This document shows, in pieces, positions 30,501-38,620 of a DNA stretch of 64,000 nt. The position numbers and the translations under genes were made by a program. Every line of letters starts with the position of its first letter. The stretch's first letter is position 1. Source of the DNA: a virus (Duplodnaviria; Caudoviricetes); the IMG/VR virus record IMGVR_UViG_2706795974_000001, positions 1 to 64,000 of that record, one strand, 5' to 3'. The notes beneath the pieces are model-generated. The model saw nothing but the letters and a program-made list of their open reading frames with translations. It ran no database searches and was not told the DNA's origin.

Positions 30501-31562
30501 GATGCGGTCGAGAAGGCCAACATTGCAACCGGCAACACAGACGATGCAACGACCACCGCCATTATAAAGGGCATGGATGTCTGGTCGAAGGCCTGGACTC
30601 CGGCGATGGTGGATGCGTCTGACGCGACAACTGTTGCCGCGGACAAGGTTGCCGAGGCTGCCGACAAGCAGACCGCAGGTACGGTCATGCTCAGCAAGAG
30701 CCTCGGCAAGTACGACCAGCAGATCAGCGCACTGTCGAAGGCCCTCGTGGCATTCTCCAACAGCGCACAGCAGTCTGTGAAGGTCACGGTCAACGTCAAG
30801 ACTGGCGAGTCTACCACCACAGGCACCAGCAGTGTGGGCACTAACGAGCGTGGCGAGCAGGTCATCACCGTTGAGGCTCCGACCTTCGAGGCCTGGGCTC
30901 CGACGCTCAACGCGATCGCAGACCTCATCGAGGTTCTGCCGAAGGCTGAGCGTGACTGGGCTGCCGACAATCCGGTCGCTGGCGAGACTGAGCAGCAGCG
31001 CAAGATGCGTATTGCCCAGAACAACTTGACCAACTACGCCAAGGGAACCTACGGAGTTCTTCAGGAAGTCGGCCCGGTCGCCCTGCGGCACACCGCGATC
31101 ATTGGCACCGCAGTGGAGAAGCTTGTCAAGGAGGACGCCGCCGCCTGGTCGGCAGCCCTCGCGGCAATCGCGTCGAACAACCCAGCGGGTTACGCAGTCG
31201 CCGTGTTGCTGGTTCTCAAGGAAGTCGCAACGTTGCTTCCCTTGATTTTGGCAGCCATCCTAGACATTGTTCCCGCGCTAATCCGTGCTATTGTTAGGTT
31301 CCTCACTCAGTTTATGCCTGATTCAGTGTTCGCATACGCGGACATGGCTGCAGCTGAGGCAGCTGTCCAAGAACAGCAAGAGGGCGGAGCGACCGCGATG
31401 GGGCAGGGCCAGCGGTACCCGACTGATGCAATGTCAACTTCGAATGGCAACGAGAGTATCACACTGAACATGTACGGAGACTTGGTTATGCCGAACGTCA
31501 GCGACGGCAGCGATGCCAGTGACTTCATTGACCAACTGCGAATCCTGGCAGGTGGCTCGTGA
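21594..31562 (+). CDS. Tape measure protein (3322 aa) with C-terminal peptidoglycan-hydrolase-like domains
   Basis: TMP core around 22900-23900; periodic Trp/Phe amphipathic repeats. GGYRPSDPYPDHPSGLALD..NHFDHIH domain at about 29500-29770; SLT/Rpf-like HESSWNPNAQNPSSTAYGLFQFL domain at about 30100-30330. Confidence 0.95.
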   Translation: MNTTAANILITAQARQAQAQLARMQAALRGLQSTAQGANAAQATAANAAAKQIEAAEAKKANAAARAALAIENSKLREIKAEQASQVAAAKSAAAISVAQTKAAQAAEVAAAKQEASAAKIAAAVEAGAIKQALAAEKMVLAQLRVAAATEAALARQIASDNAAALSAEKRAAAEIAARESTNIATMRAVASAEAAAARKIASDAREALQAQVLANAETGSANKVVTARLRRAAQIAAANLQTINSNNGAAIAAEVAASREAKAARDAALAKIESALKAETSNARTSASNAAAAVSAQVAAIKEIESRAAADMARVNSAAIAAAENAKIVSSDAAVANAAAIAAAKVKVSEAEQAAAAQICAQRTAVAEAEKTAARTAAAAAAAVESSKIAASEARAAAAAETAALKIQAANERIAASNVTAAASTRSWSASMTAAGSRMQWIGKQLSQNFTAPMLLATGIGVKFGLDLEKGMTRLRKVYGDQEMEQYKLRTGIDLVKLETDALRGAVIALSNAYGIQADEVANVAAEWAAAGSSGAALAKQTELTMKTMVLGEMDAEEATKSLIAIQAQWGAVTETVTDKQNKLSLSSRQGAKDQLSLTTILRQLNAVENETGTTMNDLVVAFSRASGVARTAGLDTATLAAATAALVPAAGTAAEAGNALKTIISRTLTPTREASQIMNLMGINTKGAAWQSMNAAQRLAELSKRFGELTGAQKAQVSASLGSRYQVNKLEVLFASLANTTGYYHKALGLLANQSEVVRIAEQELNEVLTSQPQMLQQAGVIIQNSLMKAMVPMIPVVIQITQWIGKMFNAFASLPPGIRTTIVAAGLFLATVGPIIIFLGIFKLALGQLTPAIIFFGKMLLSPITGLVRLAAAMLLPLANVARLGGVLLGLGRIFMAIPAIGMLMVRGVGFAMTGMQAATVVGMAGVRAAWATSWAAMITFQTVAGIAMTTRQAVIFTLMLAAQNVWAAASLAIQKGWGAAWVALTAIWKAADLAIRSTYAATVVAAQATWQALSLAGQRAWAAAWIALTAGWAAAGRMMAVAFGFGQLAIQKAWQAASLVLSAAFWKKAWGIFAAGNRGLLAIVAGGGKALLALFASPWAIAIAVVIGLLVLFRKQIKAAWNNILNYFRNIPKETAASLSPLTNLFVKAKNGIVRAFNALPEGVKNAMLKVVSIVAMAARKVYELFSYLNPFARHSPSLVENVTNGMAVVNQQFANAARNATSHINSIHKAIKSLDGASIGLKNQNSQADRAEFEDTATKAGVGAALPAYDALQREVEQSKKYMDQLNASIKAQEAHLKRIKTAVEQYDAVIEEMNSSLETTKAIQDSVNTALDGAKARYERFSNAQIEGTQAAEDAIFSNTMAQKRLQLQIAKMEEESGTIDSVTDSYSKLQGEIENLTAKQTELRKAGAGSDILGTYDKMIADLKSQQSGLITGGADSPAGKIAALQSSLEKLQKQAEIMDLEKALKFDSLNRNLEKFKSNVEEMPYGQIMSGLDQSRQSVNSLQFAYDTLDTVMAGQQARIDAMQAQRDALQKTYDAEEKKLEAVREQYSSVEEAVRSGEQALDDFSSAAEEAVRRQEEAARAAEETSKKLKEKKGGGAGDGESDLSPGAQNFIDAAAGDFETFGGGATISREGGPGSQVAEIDQFTNDLTKGLEESLGSMNPFTPLKNAWNKTVSWFQGVAPGIGDVFSNVGSSIRGAFGGNQEEGIRKITEAFKNSNMSVEEYKKALDAIGADSSYNARMKYIQEDTSFFGSLWDSVWGKIGGPVKKVWGVVENFGKLIGGLFGDDLKTTLSELGNGFSGIFDKIKGPIQNFIDTIIPALSVAAQHLAPVFGAVILVLEVLWEVINGAIGPVFSWLGDIIGAVINIITGVIKVIMGAMKVIQGVVQVIIGLFKGLFTMDWGMFIDGLKNIFGGFGDMFGGIVDIVKGIFVAIWSTIKNAGKLIWNVVWGLVKGVIDFFVHLWDVLVGHSIIPDMVKAIIDWFLQLPGRVLSMVWNFILKLIGFFASLPGRILSAIATLGSILWNGISAAFTWLVDNGPGLLLGFLTFIGTIPLKVIETLAGFGMKLFEWAKAGFQFMVDKGPDILMGVLNWIGGIEWKLINGLLGFGQKLWDWMKGAWQWVVDKGGDIIAPVLNYFKELPGNFIRGLGNIGSKLWEWMKGGWDFLVNDFPNIIKGALDFIGGIPGKFLRRLGNGLTVMYNYGKDIIQGLMNGAGELLKKLGDWFLDKVPGWIKTPFKKALGIASPSKVFAGYGENIGEGLIVGIGNMQGQVEQASIAMAAAADKGEVGGISVSAVADTSSVGGTVSALEGAVAASGPVGVDTAASGPADIQPMLDAAIAAFESFDSTMQSKMAAFIAAVQVMFASMVSAVLATLSQVSIGGTTSFTQLQTSVLAIVTAMVAAVNAQLQQLISYVNQFGVQLTTAWASAWSAWRSETTAGVDHTLDEWQRMADGMRSVFDNGIAPIFEDIGTMYTTLEGATRTTVDNVGTTWAEVETKTKKPAGIVINEVYNKGLRGAWNKFNKFLGVDELPEFTVAYRTGGPVWGSGNGTSDSVNARLSRGEHVITAKEVEGAGGHKAVMQVRQMWRAGLPAYAMGGPVDPKAPPWPGEANLKPAAILARRNIHKYWPMVREIGGYRPSDPYPDHPSGLALDIMVGNSNPVGDEINEWLHRNMVPLALNYTIWKQFYRPAGGVGNLMEDRGSITQNHFDHIHALFNDNGVPGIKTGGIGGSSGGAPIDYEKIVRESFKADMDEVRKSLPVIPGGIGQWPKVSADVAEKMALKHLLPIAKKMSISTGSTASAWAGAPDASVVEKVKAAVAMYGWDQGAEWEALNQLIGHESSWNPNAQNPSSTAYGLFQFLDSTWATVGGTKTSDPYLQAVYGARYIKNRYGSPSAAWAFWQNPQPNPYGGNWYDNGGYLQPGSQIVHNQTGGPEPVLTAVQWAAMFDLASRPPVTEDTLQDAVEKANIATGNTDDATTTAIIKGMDVWSKAWTPAMVDASDATTVAADKVAEAADKQTAGTVMLSKSLGKYDQQISALSKALVAFSNSAQQSVKVTVNVKTGESTTTGTSSVGTNERGEQVITVEAPTFEAWAPTLNAIADLIEVLPKAERDWAADNPVAGETEQQRKMRIAQNNLTNYAKGTYGVLQEVGPVALRHTAIIGTAVEKLVKEDAAAWSAALAAIASNNPAGYAVAVLLVLKEVATLLPLILAAILDIVPALIRAIVRFLTQFMPDSVFAYADMAAAEAAVQEQQEGGATAMGQGQRYPTDAMSTSNGNESITLNMYGDLVMPNVSDGSDASDFIDQLRILAGGS

Positions 31563-34090
31563 GTCGGATCATCCATCGGCCCAACCAGGCCGTAGACTAC
31601 GGCACGGTAGAGACCAACGGGTCAGGCAACGTCCTCGGCGACAACAACAACAGTACCCGCAAGCAATACTACGAGGACTCGGGCAGCATCCTGCTGTACC
31701 CGACCTTCGATCCGGGTGCTGTGCCCACAGGGCGAAGCATCATTGCGGTCCGAGCGGGACACAAGCAGCAGAACGGTGGTTCGCTGCTGGTACTGCACAA
31801 CGGCTGGGTGATGGGCTACCTCCGCATCAACGGTCAGCGGTACGGCAAGACGCGCGCTTACAAGCAGGACGGCTACAGTACCAGCGTGCGCGAGGTCGAG
31901 GGCGAGGCGCTGTACAATACGGGGTTCAAGCCCTGGACGGCAGCCGACATCAACAAGATGACGACCGATGTCGGCGCAGCCACCGGCGAGTTCGGTCCGA
32001 ACAAGAAGAAGTTGTGGTGTATCTGCAACGAGTCGTACATCATCTTGGTGATCGACGACGACGTTCAGGTTCCCACTATCAACTACCCCCCGCACGCCTC
32101 TACCATTGCAACGAGCTCGGTTGACTTTAAGGGCAACGTCGTTGTCACCCAGCCCGAGCAGCCGGTGGGCTGCGTGTTTCAGGTGAGCCGCTCGCAGTAC
32201 TTTGATGACGACACGGTACAGACGTTCGTCGGCGGGCTCGTGCAGACCAATGGCAACACTAGCAACTTCGACTCGAAGGTTGGCGAAGACTCGTACACCA
32301 ACCTAGGCCCCGGTCGCTGGTATGTCCGAGTCAAGGGCAAGGACTACCGAGGCGTCGAGTCCCCGTGGGGCGACACGACATACTTCGACATCGTTCACGC
32401 AGCGCTTCCTGTTCCACAGGTGAACAACCCTGGGCCGGACTCCATGAAGAATACTCCATACGGATACCGGGAGGCGACCTTTGCAATTGACCCTCCAGGC
32501 GAGCGTTACGTCGGCATTGAGTGGCAGTTTAGCAAGGTGTCTGACTTTAGTAGCGGTGTTATCTCGTGGAAGAATAACGCCGTCGGTCGGTACAACAAGG
32601 GTCCTGTCGGTTACACCGCAGACCCTGATCCCAGTGTTACCCCCGGTCTGCACGGAGACAAGGTCTCGACCGACGACCCAGACCAGTACCTGACACAGGG
32701 AACTTGGTACGTGCGCGCCAGAGCTGTGGACGTGTGGGAGCAGACCGGCAACTGGTCTACCCCGCACTCGTTCACCGTCTCGCACCCGCCGACCGTGCAG
32801 CAGCCCTGGCCTGACGCGGGCAAGGCGTTCGACGACGATGCCTTCCCGGTGCGCTGGCAGTTCGGCGACGCCTGGAAGGGTGACGTGCAGAGCGCATATC
32901 GAGTCATCGTGCGCGATCCCACGAACACCACAGTCATCCACGACACCACCAAGATCGAGAGTCCGTTCAACACGGCGAAGGTGACGATCCCCGACGCCTG
33001 GCTAGAGCAGACGCTGAACCTGTCGATTCAGGTGTGGGACCGCGACGACGTTGCGAGTACAGTCTGGACAGGTACGTTCCGTCATTCGAAGGCCCCCTTC
33101 ATCACCCTGCCGTATCCAGAGCCTGACGAGGCCATCATCACCGGCCAGCCGAACCTGACCTGGTCGGCAACCTTCGCGCCTGGGCAGTCGCAGAAGTCTT
33201 ACCACATCGCGTTCATCCGAAGGGATACCGGGGTGATCGAGTGGAAGATGAAGACCCCAGCCCTCTCATCTGACATGTTCTGGAACGCCCCCTCGGTGGT
33301 CCTGAAGAATGTCAGCGCCTACCAGTTGGCGTTGACGGTTACAGATACGCAGGACCTGTACACGACGCTGCTGCGGAACTTCAGCACCGATTACGTGCGG
33401 CCTCCACAGATATACTGCTCGGTGTTCGTGGCGAACTACGAGGAAGATGGATACGTCAAGCTGCTGTGGCCAGCGACTACCGTCGACCCGCAGTTCGTAG
33501 AGTACCGTCTCTACCGTCGCAACGTGGACATCGAAGATGCTACGTGGGAGCAGATCGGAACAGTTACTGATCCCGAGCAGTGGGAGTTTCACGACTGGAG
33601 CACGTCGGGTCCGTACCGCTACCAGTTCGCCATCACGCAGGTGGTCATGCTCTACGGAGCGCTGGTGGAATCTCTGCCAGACGAGTACGGAGAGATCGTG
33701 CAGGTTCAGTCCAGTCACTACTGGCTGATCTCGCCGAACAACGAGGAGCTTAACACCAAGCTCTACCACATCACCGACGACAAGTATGTCAGCAAGCTGG
33801 AGTCCAGCTCGCACGACATCATCGGTGGTGGCACTCGGTTTAACTTCGGAAAGCCAATTGGCATTGAGGGCTCCCTGTCTGGTTCCATCAAGGGTGGCTC
33901 GCCTGTCACAGTGAAGCAGGCCCGCGAGCGGATCGAGCGAATCCAGACCGAGATGCAGTGGTGCTACCTGCGCGACCCTTTCGGTAACTACACCAAGGTG
34001 GCACTGGGGGAGATCTCGATCGGTCGCATACCGGGTGTCGGTACATCCGAGTTCGTTGACATCGAGATTCCTTACACCGAGGTGAAGTGA
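31559..34090 (+). CDS. Minor tail protein with Ig/FnIII-like repeats
   Basis: Follows the TMP; recurring WYVRVKG/WYVRARA..GNWS beta-sandwich motifs. Confidence 0.75.
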   Translation: MSRIIHRPNQAVDYGTVETNGSGNVLGDNNNSTRKQYYEDSGSILLYPTFDPGAVPTGRSIIAVRAGHKQQNGGSLLVLHNGWVMGYLRINGQRYGKTRAYKQDGYSTSVREVEGEALYNTGFKPWTAADINKMTTDVGAATGEFGPNKKKLWCICNESYIILVIDDDVQVPTINYPPHASTIATSSVDFKGNVVVTQPEQPVGCVFQVSRSQYFDDDTVQTFVGGLVQTNGNTSNFDSKVGEDSYTNLGPGRWYVRVKGKDYRGVESPWGDTTYFDIVHAALPVPQVNNPGPDSMKNTPYGYREATFAIDPPGERYVGIEWQFSKVSDFSSGVISWKNNAVGRYNKGPVGYTADPDPSVTPGLHGDKVSTDDPDQYLTQGTWYVRARAVDVWEQTGNWSTPHSFTVSHPPTVQQPWPDAGKAFDDDAFPVRWQFGDAWKGDVQSAYRVIVRDPTNTTVIHDTTKIESPFNTAKVTIPDAWLEQTLNLSIQVWDRDDVASTVWTGTFRHSKAPFITLPYPEPDEAIITGQPNLTWSATFAPGQSQKSYHIAFIRRDTGVIEWKMKTPALSSDMFWNAPSVVLKNVSAYQLALTVTDTQDLYTTLLRNFSTDYVRPPQIYCSVFVANYEEDGYVKLLWPATTVDPQFVEYRLYRRNVDIEDATWEQIGTVTDPEQWEFHDWSTSGPYRYQFAITQVVMLYGALVESLPDEYGEIVQVQSSHYWLISPNNEELNTKLYHITDDKYVSKLESSSHDIIGGGTRFNFGKPIGIEGSLSGSIKGGSPVTVKQARERIERIQTEMQWCYLRDPFGNYTKVALGEISIGRIPGVGTSEFVDIEIPYTEVK

Positions 34091-35829
34091 TGGCGAACCC
34101 ACCTCGCGAGGATATTCAGCGCGCGTTCCTCGAGCCCACCGTCCAGGTCATCCGCCGCCTGGAGATTTACGAAGAGGACGGCGAGACCCCCTGGCGGCAG
34201 GACATCTGGGACGATCTGCTTGTTAGCGGTTCGGTGAGCCTTGACTACAACCGAGACGAGCGCCGCGCATTCGATGTAGAGCTCGACAATAGCTACGGGG
34301 ACCTCAACCCCAAGGCCGGTGAGCTGTGGTACGACAAGCGATTCAAACTGTACTACGGCATCGAGCTCAACCAGAGTGACCGTGGCCCGAGGGTCGCAAT
34401 CGTTGAGCAGTACCTGGCCAACGGGCAGGCCGAGGAACTCAAGAGACACCTGTCAATGAACGGGATCACCGAGGTTCACTACCTACCGTCGGCGACTGAC
34501 TACGAGCACGTGCAGAACTATGACGTGCTCGTAGCCATCTCTTCTACCAGCATTCAGAAGATCGCTTTCCTAAATCAGTGCTACAACCGTGGCAAGGGAA
34601 TCGTTACCTTCTCTAACGATCAGACATCATCGTCAATGCCGTCTATCATCGGTAATGCGGGTGTGGAAACGGTCGTTCCCGCGTCGGAGCGCAATTATGC
34701 TCCAATTGCGGGCGCGTCGGACCTATCCGTAGGGTGGGACGATTGGAGTACGGATGATGTTAAGGCGTTCCGCAAGGTGCTCGCACCAGCGTCGGGCGCA
34801 AAGACAATCGCAACAGTTGATGACGGCACCGGCCAGTGGGTTGGGGCTGTCGCTCGGGAGGACTCCAACAATAGGCGGTGGGTGCACACCACGCTCTCGC
34901 ACTTCGGGGAGGGTGTGCTTGGGTCTGACTACGAATCGTTCGGACGCTATGCGTCTCGAATCGTGTCGTGGACTTCAGCGTACGAGGCCCTCGACTTTTG
35001 GGAGATTCAGCTCGGCGAGTTCATGGCCGACTCAATCTCGGTGGGGGGTTCCTATGCAACAGTCAGTATCAGTGGACGTGATCTAACCAAGCTTTGTCAG
35101 CAGTCGAAGTTCGTAACCTCGACTACATTTACCAAAGACACGCCTATCGAGAGCGTCGTCAAGACTGTCGCAACGAACGCAGGAATCTCCAAGTTCAGAT
35201 TGCCGATTACCGGCAAGGCTCTAGACAAGGACATGACTTGGGAGCGCGACACTGCTCGCTGGGATGTGATTCGTGATGTCAGTAACTCTAACAGCTACGA
35301 GGTCTTCTTCGATAACGAGGGCTATCTCGTCATGCGTGAGTTCCGTGATCCGCTCACCACTCCGGCCACTCTTGAGCTTAGCACTGGCGTGGGAGGTAAT
35401 CTCGTATCTCGTGGCGGGAAGACCTCCGACTCAAATCTTTTCAATCACATTGTTGTTGTTGGCGAATCTTCTGATTCATCGACTCCACCTGTGTATGCAG
35501 AGGCGATTAATACTTCTCCGACTTCGCCAACGAGTGTGTCAGAGATCGGGGACCGAGTCTCAATCATTACCTCGAGCCTCGTAACCACCATCGCCAAGGC
35601 GCAGGAGTATGCTGACGCACTGCTCGCGGTGTCGGCGCTCGAGGAGTTCGAGCTATCATTCGAGTCCACACTCCTGCCGTGGATTGAAGTCGGAGACATC
35701 GTAGAGATGGCGCGCTCCGACGACCGTTACTGGGGGCCAGACCGTTACCTGCTTACGAGTCTGTCGTTCCCGCTGGACCTGTCCCCGATGTCTGGGTCCG
35801 GTAAGAGAACAGAAAAGGTAGAGGGCTGA
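34090..35829 (+). CDS. Minor tail (hub/Tal-like) protein with an inserted domain
   Basis: SGSVSLDYNRDERRAF..; LSSLVTTIAKAQEYADALL..LEVGDIV tail-hub-like motifs. Confidence 0.7.
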   Translation: MANPPREDIQRAFLEPTVQVIRRLEIYEEDGETPWRQDIWDDLLVSGSVSLDYNRDERRAFDVELDNSYGDLNPKAGELWYDKRFKLYYGIELNQSDRGPRVAIVEQYLANGQAEELKRHLSMNGITEVHYLPSATDYEHVQNYDVLVAISSTSIQKIAFLNQCYNRGKGIVTFSNDQTSSSMPSIIGNAGVETVVPASERNYAPIAGASDLSVGWDDWSTDDVKAFRKVLAPASGAKTIATVDDGTGQWVGAVAREDSNNRRWVHTTLSHFGEGVLGSDYESFGRYASRIVSWTSAYEALDFWEIQLGEFMADSISVGGSYATVSISGRDLTKLCQQSKFVTSTTFTKDTPIESVVKTVATNAGISKFRLPITGKALDKDMTWERDTARWDVIRDVSNSNSYEVFFDNEGYLVMREFRDPLTTPATLELSTGVGGNLVSRGGKTSDSNLFNHIVVVGESSDSSTPPVYAEAINTSPTSPTSVSEIGDRVSIITSSLVTTIAKAQEYADALLAVSALEEFELSFESTLLPWIEVGDIVEMARSDDRYWGPDRYLLTSLSFPLDLSPMSGSGKRTEKVEG

Positions 35830-37850
35830 TGGCTACAGGCTTTGGCGAATGGGGCAATAGCGTCAAGGTCCACCAGGTGCTGCAGCAGATCGCTCGCAAT
35901 GAAGTAGAGCGTTTGCGACCGGCGTCGCGGTTGGCCGAGGTGACGAGCATTGACCAAGAAGCAAAGAAGGTGATGGTCAAGTTCGTTGGTGAGACCAACG
36001 AGGTTCCAGTACCCTTCAATTCCACTGCGCCTGCGAACATCGGGCAGTGGGTCCGAGTTGGTGGAACAACTCACGATCGCTATGTGGAAGATGTCATCGG
36101 AGAGAGTGCAACCGACCGCAGACTTGGGTTCGCCGAGGAGCAGATCGGCGCACTGCTAGCCGAGGTTGTCGGCCCGGACTACTCGCAGAAGGATGCCGAG
36201 GAGTTGGGCACCACCATCGGCGAGTACTTCGAGAGCGTCGGCGGGGACGTAGACCTCACAGGGTTAGAGCAAGCGATCGGCGGTGGCTACTCCGGCAGCG
36301 ATGAAAAGCTCAACAGCATTCAGGGCCTAATCGCCCGCATCCGCCGACTGGCTGGCGGTATCGTAAGTCCAAACCGCATTCCCCAGCTCAACGTCGGAGC
36401 TATCACCAATGAGCCGGGTGCGAACCTGCTGTCCTCCTTCGGTGGTTTCAACAGCGCTGATGCAATCACCGGGGATGGCATCTGGGCATTCGATCCAGAC
36501 GTCGGTAAAGAACAGCCCGGTTCCGCTCGGACCACTGGTAACGGCACACTGCGAATCCTTTCATCCGAGGCTATCGCAGTATCCCCCGGCCAGGTCCTAG
36601 AGATTGGGGGCTGGGTCAAGTGGCAAGACGTCTCGGCAACCGGCTCCGCGTTTCGACTGCTCGTAGTTCCCTACGTCGGTGTGGGCTCCTTGTCTCCAGT
36701 AGAGATCGGCAAGGTTACCTCCCCGGCTGCCAGCGGAGAGAACACCTTCGCCCCGACGAGCTGGACAGTACCTGCGAGCGTTGACTATGTGCGCGTTCGT
36801 ATCACGGTCGAAGCAACTGTTGCCTCGGGCACGGTGTGGTGGGATGATCTGGTTCTTCGCAAGGCTGGCACAACACTCCCTCAGACTTATGTTGGAGGCT
36901 TGGCGCAGAAGCTGATTGAACTTGATGACAACGACACTGGGCTCGACGACGCAATCGGCAACCTCGCAAAGAACATCAACGATGCTGTGAACGCAACCGT
37001 CGAAGATGTTGGTGAAGGTGTTGGCGACATCCTCCAAACCTTCTTTACCATCTTCAACCTTAACCGTCAGTCCAAGGCTGCTGAGGCTGCTGCCCTCGAA
37101 GCGAAGCAGATTCTCGCCGCGATGAACAATCAGGAAGAGACCGGCGGCGAGGGCATGGCCTGGGCTGTAGACTTCCCCAACGGCAACAACGATCCCCTGC
37201 CATCAGGCGATTGGCAGAACGTCTACAACATCGTACTTCGCACCGAGGGCGGAGCAGGCGCTCCCGGCTCGGGTGGCGCAACCCCCGGCTGGGCGGTCAC
37301 GACGCGCACCACAAACTCGGATGCCCAGAAGTGTTCGTTCATTATCTCGTATATCAACGGCTCCGATCAGGAGTCGGGCTGCATGGTCAGGGCCACGTCC
37401 AACCTGTCATCGGCAGTGATGTGTACAGTTCGAGAGAATGGCAAGCTGTTCCTTGGTCGCGTCTCGGTGTCGGGCACTTCGATCAGTGTTCTGAATACAT
37501 TCCTGAATGTCACCCACTCCGCAGGCTTCAAGGTGGGCGACCAGGTGGAGGTTAGGTGTAACGGTACTTACTACTACATCTACAAGAACGGCAAGCAGAT
37601 CTACTCGTACAACGACACCGGCAACGTGGTTCCAGTCGGAGCCTCCAATCGCTACTGCGGTATGTACATGGAGCGCGAGCAGGTTCTGCTCATCATGTAC
37701 ACGTCGCCTCGGTTCGCTTCGTTCTACATGTCAGACTGGTACATCCCGCCAGGCGGTCCGATCAACGGACTCTGGCAGGGGTCGCTGATTCAGTACAACG
37801 CCCTAACCACCAAGCTGGACACGGTGGCCTACTTCATCACCCCGGCGTAG
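35829..37850 (+). CDS. Minor tail/receptor-binding protein with carbohydrate-binding-like domains
   Basis: NLLSSFGGF..WTVPASVDYVRVRITV..VWWDDL CBM-like region, a coiled-coil, then a lectin-like C-terminus. Confidence 0.7.
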   Translation: MATGFGEWGNSVKVHQVLQQIARNEVERLRPASRLAEVTSIDQEAKKVMVKFVGETNEVPVPFNSTAPANIGQWVRVGGTTHDRYVEDVIGESATDRRLGFAEEQIGALLAEVVGPDYSQKDAEELGTTIGEYFESVGGDVDLTGLEQAIGGGYSGSDEKLNSIQGLIARIRRLAGGIVSPNRIPQLNVGAITNEPGANLLSSFGGFNSADAITGDGIWAFDPDVGKEQPGSARTTGNGTLRILSSEAIAVSPGQVLEIGGWVKWQDVSATGSAFRLLVVPYVGVGSLSPVEIGKVTSPAASGENTFAPTSWTVPASVDYVRVRITVEATVASGTVWWDDLVLRKAGTTLPQTYVGGLAQKLIELDDNDTGLDDAIGNLAKNINDAVNATVEDVGEGVGDILQTFFTIFNLNRQSKAAEAAALEAKQILAAMNNQEETGGEGMAWAVDFPNGNNDPLPSGDWQNVYNIVLRTEGGAGAPGSGGATPGWAVTTRTTNSDAQKCSFIISYINGSDQESGCMVRATSNLSSAVMCTVRENGKLFLGRVSVSGTSISVLNTFLNVTHSAGFKVGDQVEVRCNGTYYYIYKNGKQIYSYNDTGNVVPVGASNRYCGMYMEREQVLLIMYTSPRFASFYMSDWYIPPGGPINGLWQGSLIQYNALTTKLDTVAYFITPA

Positions 37851-37852
37851 CC

Positions 37853-38440
37853 ATGGCAGAGCCGATTGAAACTGGGTCACGAACATCGAGTGGTTCCTAC
37901 TCTCTCGCTGTTCCAAGCTGGGCTGATGTCATCGACTATGTTATAGTAGGCGGCGGCGGGGCAGGCAGCGATGGAACCTCGTACGGTTCCGGCTCGGATG
38001 GTCCGGATGGTGAGGTTTACTTCGGTTCAGTGAGGGTTCGTCCTGGATCGACGCTGGCCTGCTCTGTGGCAACGAACAGCGCGAGCAGTAACACTACGAT
38101 CAACTTCGTCTCCTACACTGCCAGCTCCGCTTCAGGTCCGAGAAAGTCCAGCAACATTGTCAATGTCACACCAGTAATCGAGGGTGATCCGGCATCTGGG
38201 GCTTGGGCGTGCGACATTGGCACTGCTGGCAACGGCGGCGCTGGCGGATCAAGCGGCGTCGTCGGCGAGCCAGGGTCCGGCTCGCCTGGTAGAGCCGGCG
38301 GTCTGTTCTGGAGGTTCAGGAAGGCCGCCCAGGTGCCGAGGCTGGGATCGAAGCGTGCGCAAGATATATACATCGGCACAAAGAAAGTCGATGCTATATA
38401 CATAGGCACGAAGAAGGTCTGGGAAAAGCCAGTCAACTAG
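37853..38440 (+). CDS. Glycine-rich minor tail protein
   Basis: IDYVIVGGGGAG and GNGGAGG motifs; C-terminal IYIGTKKV duplication. Confidence 0.7.
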   Translation: MAEPIETGSRTSSGSYSLAVPSWADVIDYVIVGGGGAGSDGTSYGSGSDGPDGEVYFGSVRVRPGSTLACSVATNSASSNTTINFVSYTASSASGPRKSSNIVNVTPVIEGDPASGAWACDIGTAGNGGAGGSSGVVGEPGSGSPGRAGGLFWRFRKAAQVPRLGSKRAQDIYIGTKKVDAIYIGTKKVWEKPVN

Positions 38441-38449
38441 GAGGTAACA

Positions 38450-38620
38450 ATGTCTGACATCACTTTCACCCACCCCGAAGTCAACGGGGTAACGTTCACG
38501 CTCAGCGCTGACCAGGGGCAGCAGTCAAGTATGCTGACGCTTCGTGGGTACAGCGATGACATGAAGGACGAGTTCGGCAACCCGAAGCTCCTCCTCGAGG
38601 TAGGCTTCCCGAACCCATGA
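38450..38620 (+). CDS. 56-aa hypothetical protein, not in the ORF track
   Basis: GGAGG RBS, ATG at 38450, ATGA overlap with the next gene. Confidence 0.7.
   Translation: MSDITFTHPEVNGVTFTLSADQGQQSSMLTLRGYSDDMKDEFGNPKLLLEVGFPNP

Noticed and set aside
28515-31091. 858-aa antisense ORF, and similar long shadow ORFs (14097-15815, 26216-28006, 23352-24770, 2371-3414)
   Set aside because: They lie antisense to strongly biased real genes. High-GC codon usage removes stop codons from the opposite frame, and they have no RBS or recognisable motifs.
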